Position numbers and translations under genes: made by a program. A stretch of 64,000 bases of DNA, from contig OZ024750.1 of NCBI GenBank assembly GCA_964016885.1, positions 4,464,001-4,528,000 of the forward strand, in the 5' to 3' direction. The stretch comes from Eledone cirrhosa (taxonomy: Eukaryota). This document shows positions 55,578-64,000 of this stretch, piece after piece (positions within the stretch are counted from its first letter, which is position 1; each line of letters opens with the position of its first letter). Under the pieces are notes generated by a model that had not been told where the DNA came from, searched no databases, and saw nothing but the letters and a program-made list of their open reading frames with translations.

Positions 55578-55616
55578 ATATTAAATAAATGGAAACTATA
55601 TTTATAAAACCATATT

Positions 55617-55676
55617 TATTCTATTATATATGTTTCAAGGCTACCACATTTTGGTACGCTATCATCAGATAAAATA
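55617..55676 (-). ncRNA. Minimal type I hammerhead ribozyme, decayed stem II
   Basis: Minus strand TATTTTAT CTGATGA TAGCGTACCA-AAATG-TGGTAGCCTT GAAA CATATA TA ATAGAATA; downstream sequence shared with the 10533-10913 arms. Confidence 0.6.
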
Positions 55677-56333
55677 CGAAGTGTGTTTAATAAACTTTGA
55701 CATAACCAAGGAGAATATACCTTAACGGTTCAAGTTATCCTTGGATATACATGTATGTATATATATATATGTGTGTGTGTGTATTTAAGGGTTAAAACTC
55801 CTTAAACTGTTGGGATATTATATTTGCGGATGTTCTAGTCTATAAAGGGATGCCACGAAGCCCTAATCGTAGCGATTAGTATTTCATGGCATATCTTTAA
55901 TAAACTGGTATAAATTTCTTAGAGGAAGGCGGTTCGTAGAATGCAATAAGGCTCTAAACAAAATATGACAACTTCTCAGCCACAGGTAACATCGTTACTA
56001 AGTCTAAAAGACAATAAACTACGTCAGATGTCTAGAGATAAGGAGACAGCTGTCAAAGAACAGATGTCGGTAAAGAGTAAGAAAAATGTTAGAATTCTTA
56101 GCTAAAGATGTCACTGTAGCTTAATCTCATGATTACCCAGTCTCACACAATAGTCCTCATCACCTTCTCAGAAGGATGCTAGTCATTACGATATACATCT
56201 CAGTTCTCATGACAGCCACTGTTCGTTCCGGTTGCCAGTAGGATTCTTTTTTTTTCTTTCCAAAAATGAGGGGAAGTCGATCTTCAGAAATCTTTAAAGA
56301 TTGAACACATGTGACTGATACAAGCGTTTCATA

Positions 56334-56650
56334 TAATTGTTCCTACTTTTAGCACAAGGCCAGCAACTATTCCAGTGTATTACTGGTATTCACATGTGTG
56401 AACACAACCGATTTCTTTCAAATAAAGTGGGATATGGAGAGAGAGAGAGAGAGAGAGAGAGGAGCAGTAGATATGAGGAAAAGGGAATGAGGAAACGATA
56501 AAGAGTTCTAATCCCACCGAGGTTAACTTTGCCTTTCACCCTTACGGGGCCGATAAAATAAAGTAGCAGTCACGCACTGGGGGCGATTTAATTGACTTCC
56601 CCTCCCCTCCCCTAAAATTGCTGGCCTTGTGCTTAAATCAGAAACCATTA
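56334..56650. mobile_element. SINE family 1 tail (-, 56334-56388) and 5'-truncated copy (+, 56505-56650)
   Basis: Core and tail homology. Confidence 0.75.
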
Positions 56651-56916
56651 TGATCGTAAGTCCAACATACTTACCACTAGACCACCCAACAACAACAACA
56701 TATATAATGAAATCAATAAACTAACAAACTACGTCAACAAACAACAAAAGCAGCCCAATGACGACAGCAAGCTTATTTAGTTTTACGTATGTGCCGACCA
56801 TTGCTAAGCCAGCTAAGCTAAATCTTAATCTCTGACCCATACTGTATGTATATTGGCCTCACTGTGACAAAACTACGACTAATCAACGATTGATAGATAA
56901 AGAGATATGATAGATA

Positions 56917-58470
56917 TGTTTCTTTATTAGCCACAGGGCACAAAAGAAGGGGACAAATACAAAGGGGGAAGTTTACATACAATAAAAACGTGTAAAATAC
57001 TATCACAAATGCAATTTAAAAATCAATCGATTTTCCCCAATAGGGGGAGACATTTCATATGGGTAACACATACACCCGAAAAAATGTGCAACCCTCATCT
57101 CCAGAAAGAGATATGATAGATAGATAGATAGATAAATTTCTTTATTAGCCACAAGGGCACAAAAGAGAGGGACAAATACAAATGGGGAATTTACATACAG
57201 GTATATGAAAATAAAACTATTAATAAAATAACAAATAACAATTGATATCCCCGATAGGGGGGAGGCGTTACACAGGGGTTGTACACACCCCGAAAAAATG
57301 TACAACCCTCCTCTCCAGGAGCACCAAGAGTGAGTACTCCCTTCCTCTCTTCCTCTTTTTCCTCAACCTACAGGCTTATATAGAGAGAAGGCCCAAACAC
57401 TCGGGCCATCTTTGCCACATTCACCCACCTTTTATAAAATTTGCTGGGGTACAGCACCTCTCTCTCCATCCTGATTCTTCTTCCAAAATGATATTTGAAA
57501 AAACGAATCAGTTGCTCGCCGGAGAGAAAAGTGTCTGACCTCAGCCTTTTAACCTCATCCACCATACAACCTCTTTCACCATAGCCACAACACATAGGAA
57601 AAGACAGACAGATAGATAGACAGACAGATAGATAGACAGATAGAGAGATAGAGAGATAGGTAGGTGCATGCATGCACAAATGGATATATTTCTTTATTAG
57701 CCACAAGGGCGCACAAGAAAAGGGGACAATACAAAGATATACCGGGGATTTTACATACAGTCGTGTAAAAAATATAAAAACAAACAATTACAACAATCGA
57801 AATCCCCAATAGGGGGAGGCCCCACAAATGGCATGCATGGTCAAATAGGTAGAGAGCTAGAGAGATAAATGTGATAGATAGATTTCTTGACAGATAGATA
57901 GATGTGACAGATAGACAGAGAGAGAGATAGATAGATAGATGTGATAGATAGACAGAGAGATAGAGAGAGAGAGAGATAGATGGATTGGAGAGTGAGATAA
58001 ACAGACACACAGATAGATATATAGACATACATACATATAGATAGACATATATATAGATATATAGACATACATATAGATAGACATATATATAGATAGATAG
58101 ACAGACATATATATAGACATATATAGAGAAAACTTTCTTTTTATTTGCCACCAGGGCGTCAAAGAGTGGGACAAGTACAATGGGGGGGGGGTTACATAAA
58201 AAGGCGTCCTCAATAAGGAGGAGGCAATAACAAAATATAAAAATATAAAATATAACAAAAATAAATTGAATAACAAAATCCTCAATAGGGAGGAGGCGCC
58301 TTGGGGGGTCGCACACACCCCCGAAAAAAGTGTGCAACCCTTTCTCCTCAGGAGCACAGAGAGAGGGTGCTCCCTTGATCTTTCATCTTTCTCACCTACA
58401 GTCTGATGTAGAGTGAAGGCCCATTCACACAGGCCATTCTCGCCACTTTCACCCATCTTTCATAGAAACG
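56917..58470 (-). mobile_element. Four stacked 5'-truncated L1/Tx1-like LINE 3' ends separated by (ATCT)n-type microsatellite
   Basis: Copies ~56917-57106, 57137-57600, 57688-57825 and 58133-58470 share the tail (G)CCCT(T)GTGGC.AATAAA.GAAA. Copy 2 encodes FLCVVAMVKEVVWWMRLKG / LRSDTFLSGEQLIRFFKYHFGRRIRMEREVLYPSKFYKRWVNVAKMARV, similar to Tx1 ORF2 C-termini. Confidence 0.65.
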
Positions 58471-58579
58471 GCTTATATAGAGATTAGTGTCGGTGGCCAG
58501 CAGGCGAGGATTTTCATTAACTGAACAACTTCAACGTAAAGAGGAAGCAAAGCAAATTTAATGACTTACAACCACCTTT

Positions 58580-58622
58580 CACACCCACACCTACATACAC
58601 ACACACACCTACACACACACAC

Positions 58623-58692
<70 letters not shown>

Positions 58693-59007
58693 GCGTACAC
58701 ACACACGCGTACATACACACACACACACACGCGCGTACATAGACACAGACACACGCGCGTACACACACACACACACACTCATACATACACACACACGCGC
58801 GTACACACACACGTACATACACACACGTACACACACACACACACACGTACACACATACTCACACACGCGTACACACACACACACGAGAACGGTGGTTATA
58901 GTATTTTATTTTTTTGTATTTATTTTCGATGTGTTTATATGTATATAGGCGTTTGTATGCGTGTGTGTATGTATGTACGTGTGTGTGTTAGTATTTAAAT
59001 AGGTGTT

Positions 59008-59061
<54 letters not shown>

Positions 59062-59465
59062 TGTGCGCGTGTTTGTGTGTGTGTGCATGTGTGTGTGTGT
59101 TTGTGTCGTGTGTGTTTGTGTCGTGTTTGTGTTTGTGTGTTTGTGTGTTTGTGTGTTTGTGTGTGCGTGTTTGCGTTTGTGTGTGTGTGTGTTTGTGTTT
59201 GTGTGTGTGCGTATGTGTGTGTATTTTTGAGGCTTCAAGCTCCTGTGTGAGACGCGTGCCTTTTTTTTTACCGTGACATCCTTATAAGTACCAAAGTGAA
59301 GTATGATGGTGATGGTGATGGTGGTGGTGGTGATGATGATGGTGGTGGTGGTGATGGTGATGATGGTGATGATGGTGGTGATGGTGATGGTGATGGTGAT
59401 GGTGATGGTGGTGGTCGGTTGTGATGGTGGTGGTGATGGTGGTGGTTGGTTGTGATGGTGGTGAT
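58580..59465. repeat. Degenerate (CA)n, (TG)n and (GGT/GAT)n microsatellites
   Basis: Direct inspection. Confidence 0.9.
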
Positions 59466-59938
59466 GAGAAAAAGGAAGACAGAAAGAAATAGATGAAAGT
59501 AAAATATATGAATGGGAAATGAAGAACAAAAAATGAATGGGGAATTGATGAGAAGAATAGAGTTAAGAAATGTCTATAGTGTGTTTGTGTGTATGTACAA
59601 GTGTGTGTGTATATGTGCCTGTGTATGTATATGTGTGTATGTGTGAGAGACAGAGTGTGTGTCTGTATGTGTGTATATGCAAGGGTCTTGTTTCAGGGGG
59701 GTACCAGGGGACAAGCCCACCTCTCTTTTTCAAACGCCTATATTTTATTTTTGGTTTATTTGATATAATAAATTCTTTTTAAGCTTATTTATTTTATATC
59801 TGAACTTCATTTGAATATATAACATTTAATTAGCGTAAAATGTTACTTATGTGATAGGGTCCGGGAAAGGGACCATAGGCAATTTAAGTTCCTTTAAGAA
59901 TCAACAAATATTGGTTTGTCCCCCCTCACATTTTAAAA

Positions 59939-59989
<51 letters not shown>

Positions 59990-60252
59990 GTTGTTTTCTA
60001 ATTATTTGAATTCTTTCCATAAAGAAAGGGTTTGTTTCTACACAAAGAAGCAGATCTCTGTCACAGGAATTTAGATAACGATGGTAGAGAAGTACATATT
60101 GAATTTAAAACACACACACAGAACATATATATATATATGTTGTGTGTTGTGTGTGTGTGTTGTGTGTATATCGTGTGAAAAAAGATAACAAAGAAAGAAG
60201 AGAAAGGAGGAAAGAATGAGAACAAAAAAAACTTGAAAGGAGAAATATAATA

Positions 60253-60670
60253 GTGGTGGTGGTGGTGGTGGTGTTGATTGTGGTGTGGTGGTAGTGGTGG
60301 TGGTGGTGTTGATTATGATGGTGGTGGTAGTGGTAGTGGTGGTGGTGCTGGTGGTAGTGGTGGTGTTGATTGTGGTGTGGTGGTAGTGGTGGTGGTGGTG
60401 ATTATGATGGTGGTGGTGGTGGTAGTGGTAGTGGTGGTGGTGCTGGTGGTAGTGGTGGTGTTGATTGTGGTGTGGTGGTAGTGGTGGTGGTAGTGGTAGT
60501 GGTGGTGGTGGTGGTGTTGATTATGATGGTGGTGGTGCTGGTGGTCGTGATGGTCGTAATGGTGGTGGTTATGGCCTTGGTGGTCGTATTGGTGGTAATT
60601 GTAGTGGTGGTGGTCGTCGTTGTAGTGGTAGTGGTGGTGCTTGTGGAGGTCGTGGTGGTGGTGGTGGTGT
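60253..60670. repeat. (GGT)n-based ~95-bp higher-order repeat (~3 copies)
   Basis: GTTGATTGTGGTGTGG...GATTATGATGG unit recurs. Confidence 0.8.
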
Positions 60671-60822
60671 GAGCATGAGGTGACTACATATATCCGACGC
60701 TAATTGGAAACGATTTGGACAGAAGCTGTACCAACAGCTTGACTGAGATGTGGGAAGATGTCTGAGTGAAGGTTCTAGAAGTTTGTCGTCTTATTTCTTT
60801 CTCATTACTACCACCACCACCA

Positions 60823-61165
60823 CACCTCCACGTGAGCCCCACACCCTCCACCACCACACCTCCACGTCAGCCCCACACCCTCCACCACCACCACACCTCC
60901 ACGTCAGCCCCACACCCTCCACCACCACCACACCTCCACGTCAGCCCCACACCCTCCACCACCACCACACCTCCACGTCAGCCCCACACCCTCCACCACC
61001 ACCACACCTCCACGTCAGCCCCACACCCTCCACCTCCACCATCACCACCACCACCACCATCCACCACCACCACACCTCCACGTCAGCCCCACACCCTCCA
61101 CCTCCACCATCACCACCACCGCCACACCTCCACGTCAGCCCCACACCCTCCACCTCCACCATCAC
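60823..61165. repeat. ~37-bp minisatellite, ~8 copies
   Basis: CACCTCCACGTCAGCCCCACACCCTCCACCACCACCA. Confidence 0.92.
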
Positions 61166-62485
61166 CACCACCGCCACCACTACCAACAACAACAAATATA
61201 ACACCAACAGTCACATCTCCGTTGCTTGTGCGAGCTGTACACATACTTCACCCCACCCATCAGCCCCACCACAACTACCAACAACAACAAAAACAACAAC
61301 AACAACAGCTACATCACCTTTGCTTGCACGAGCCGTGCACATGCTTCCAACAACAACAACAGCAGCAGCAACACTACCAACAACAACAATAGTCACATCT
61401 CCCTTCCATATCCGAATCGTACGTATGCTTCAGCCCACCATGACCACCACCACCACCACCAACACCAACACAAACACCACCAACCACAACAACAACATCA
61501 ACAGCAACAATAACAACTACCACACCACCACCAACACCACCAACACCACCACCACCACCAATACCACCACCACCACCACCACCACCACTACCACTACCAA
61601 CCAACAACAATAGTCACATCTCCCTTCTATATACTTTACTATTAAACGGACAATCGGCGACCTATTAAACTAACTTGGCCGATGACCAGATTACAGCTGT
61701 TGAAACTAAATTTACTTCTCTCTACTACTTTTCTATTTTCTCCTCTTTCTTCTTCTTCTTCTTCTTCTTCTTCTTCTTCTTCTTCTTCTTCTTCTTCTCC
61801 CCCTCTCTTCTTCCCTCTCCCTTCATCACACGTGTCAAAGTGTGTGAATGACGGCCGAAGAACGCGGCAGTCCATCTTGCAAACCTTAAAGATTTTTTTT
61901 TTCTTGAAGGATTTACGAGCCAAGCACAATAAGCAAATGTAGCCACTTGGCGTTCGTTTGTTTGACCTAAAGGCTTCGTAGTATTATAGTAGTAGTAGTA
62001 GTAGTAGTAGTAGTTGTTGTTGTTGTTATTGTTTCAATTCTCTTTTTTTTTTCTTTTTGTTAGTTTTGTTGGTAGGAGACCAGCAATTGTTTCTGGTCAT
62101 CTTAGTGCTGACAGATAAAAAAAAACGGCACGAGTACATCTCAGTAACATTTCTTTATATATATATATATCTTTCTTTACAATTTTATCTCTCTTTGTTT
62201 CCCAGTCTCTTTTGACTCTTTCTCATATCTCTCTCTCTCTCTCTCACTCTTCTCTTGCATTATAAAGGAGTAAAAAATGTATAATAATCTTCAACCTTAA
62301 TCTCTTTTAGATTTAGCGCACCCTGCACCTCCCACCTCACCCCTACCACTCCAGTGTCTCCCATTCATAAAATACTTTCTGGAAACCGTCCCATCCTCAC
62401 TTAAAGGAGAGAGTCTCTATGTGATCACTGAAACTACTATAAATAGCAAGCAAATCTACCTAAGATAACATGGAAATATGCCTAT

Positions 62486-62537
<52 letters not shown>

Positions 62538-62646
62538 AGTATATGTTAGTTGTATATCAACACCTCAGTATGCAGGTTGGTTTGGTTACTCCGGAGTAAT
62601 GCAAAATAAAATAAAATAAATAAGTCAAATGTTTAAAATTTATCTT

Positions 62647-62699
62647 CTGCTATATATATTTCGGTGACAGCCATCTTTGGCTGTGACCTCTTCAGGCAG
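62647..62699 (-). ncRNA. Minimal type I hammerhead ribozyme
   Basis: Minus strand CTGC CTGAAGA GGTCACAGCCA-AAGA-TGGCTGTCACC GAAA TATATA TA GCAG; 10/11-bp stem II; reads toward (TA)n at 62484-62535. Confidence 0.8.
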
Positions 62700-62765
62700 T
62701 CCGAATTAGTGTGGTATAGACAAGTACATATGTTGTTGTCTATACAACATATGTCTATACAACAT

Positions 62766-63140
62766 ATTACTGGTACTTTATTTTATCGACCCCGTAAGGA
62801 TGAAAGACAAAGTTAACCTCGGCGGGATTTGAACTCAGATCATAAAGGGCCGTAACTCTATGCGGCAAAGCATGGCGTCCGACCCTCTACTGATACTGCC
62901 AATCCACCGACATTCAGCTATATATATCAAATACATTTCAACGATCATCGTTATATCTTAATTCAGGCATAATATATCAAAGACTACACAAATTAATGTG
63001 ACCTTCCTTTTTTTTTTTTACATGGTAGGTGATTATTTGAATCCCGCCGAGGTTAACTTTGCTTACGGGGTCGATAAAATAAAGTACCAGTAATACACTG
63101 AGTAATTTGCTGGCCTTGTGCCAAAAGTAGAAACAATTAT
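62766..63140. mobile_element. Two SINE family 1 copies, divergent (- 62766-62910, + 63037-63140)
   Basis: Core, box B, head/tail homology. Confidence 0.8.
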
Positions 63141-63509
63141 TTGAAAGAGGTTTGCTTGGCTTCTATTTCTAGCAGATTATATGACCACACAGTGAAGGCC
63201 TCTATGGCTTTAAGTGATGACTCCTTTAACGGACGTTGGTACTGTTGAATTATCTACACTACCCCACCACAACCCTCCAAGAAAACGCCATCATATCTTT
63301 ATACCAGGACTGATACTTCATTAACATACTTGTGAGTATCTTGGGTGTGAAAATCTTGATGCCAGAATAAGTGACAATATACATTTGTTTATTTATTTAA
63401 TTAGAAAGTATTTATTCCCGGAGTTTGATCACACTCGTCTCACAAACCCTATTGACTTAACTACCTGTCACAATTACCTGCTGACCGCCCTTCTCCACCA
63501 TCACACACA

Positions 63510-63658
63510 CTATCTCAGTCTCTCTCTTTCTCTCTCTTTCTCGCAGACTTTCTATTTGTCACTTTCATTTTTTCATTTTTTATCCTGCATCTCCTCTCAA
63601 CTTCCCCCTCTCTCTCATTTCTCTCAGGTTTTGTATTAAACTCTCATTTTTCTCTACC

Positions 63659-63748
<90 letters not shown>

Positions 63749-63870
63749 ACAAGCTTTGTATTTGTCCCTCATTTCTCCAGCACCACCACTCTCCTCTCTC
63801 TCTTTCTGTCTCCCCCTTTTCTCTCCTCTCTCTCCTTCACTCTCTCTCTCCCCCCTCTCTCTCTCTCACG
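63510..63870. repeat. (CT)n and polypyrimidine tract
   Basis: Direct inspection. Confidence 0.9.
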
Positions 63871-64000
63871 ATCTATTCCGCTGTTTGTAGACCCTTCAAA
63901 AAGCAGCATGTGCAATCTTTTTTCTTCTTTTTCTCCTTAATACAGTAGTACGCCCGCCTCAGAACAACATCTGCAAGTGTTTCCACTAATCACAAAATCC

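Noticed and set aside
60823-61165. 37-bp repeats as a CRISPR array
   Set aside because: The repeats are tandem with no unique spacers, there are no cas genes, and the context is eukaryotic.
61642-61929. 95-aa poly-E ORF on the minus strand
   Set aside because: Driven by a (TTC)n microsatellite, with no recognisable domain or splice context.

Overview
AT-rich, repeat-dominated eukaryotic non-coding DNA, most likely intronic or intergenic sequence from an octopod cephalopod. That assignment is an inference from a very abundant tRNA-derived SINE resembling the octopus OR-type/Nin-domain SINEs and from the extreme (TA)n/(CA)n/(CT)n microsatellite load. No host protein-coding exon can be supported, and nearly all listed ORFs are microsatellite translations. 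The recognisable content is about 30 full or partial copies of one SINE, a second SINE family, decayed non-LTR retrotransposon fragments (CRE-like, RTE-like, and a stack of L1/Tx1-like 3' ends in (ATCT)n), and Tc1/mariner-type MITEs. The most notable signal is a set of short elements anchored in (TA)n that form head-to-head foldbacks and carry type I hammerhead ribozymes. There are at least 8 loci with a canonical CTGANGA...GAAA core, from several unrelated sequence families. Six of them share a C.C mismatch at the 4th pair of stem II and a TATATA-like minimal stem III. A separate, extended hammerhead with a GUC cleavage site lies at 25200-25293. The best interpretation is Penelope-like pLTR remnants or non-autonomous retrozyme-like elements. 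All structures were paired by eye, and no activity is demonstrated.
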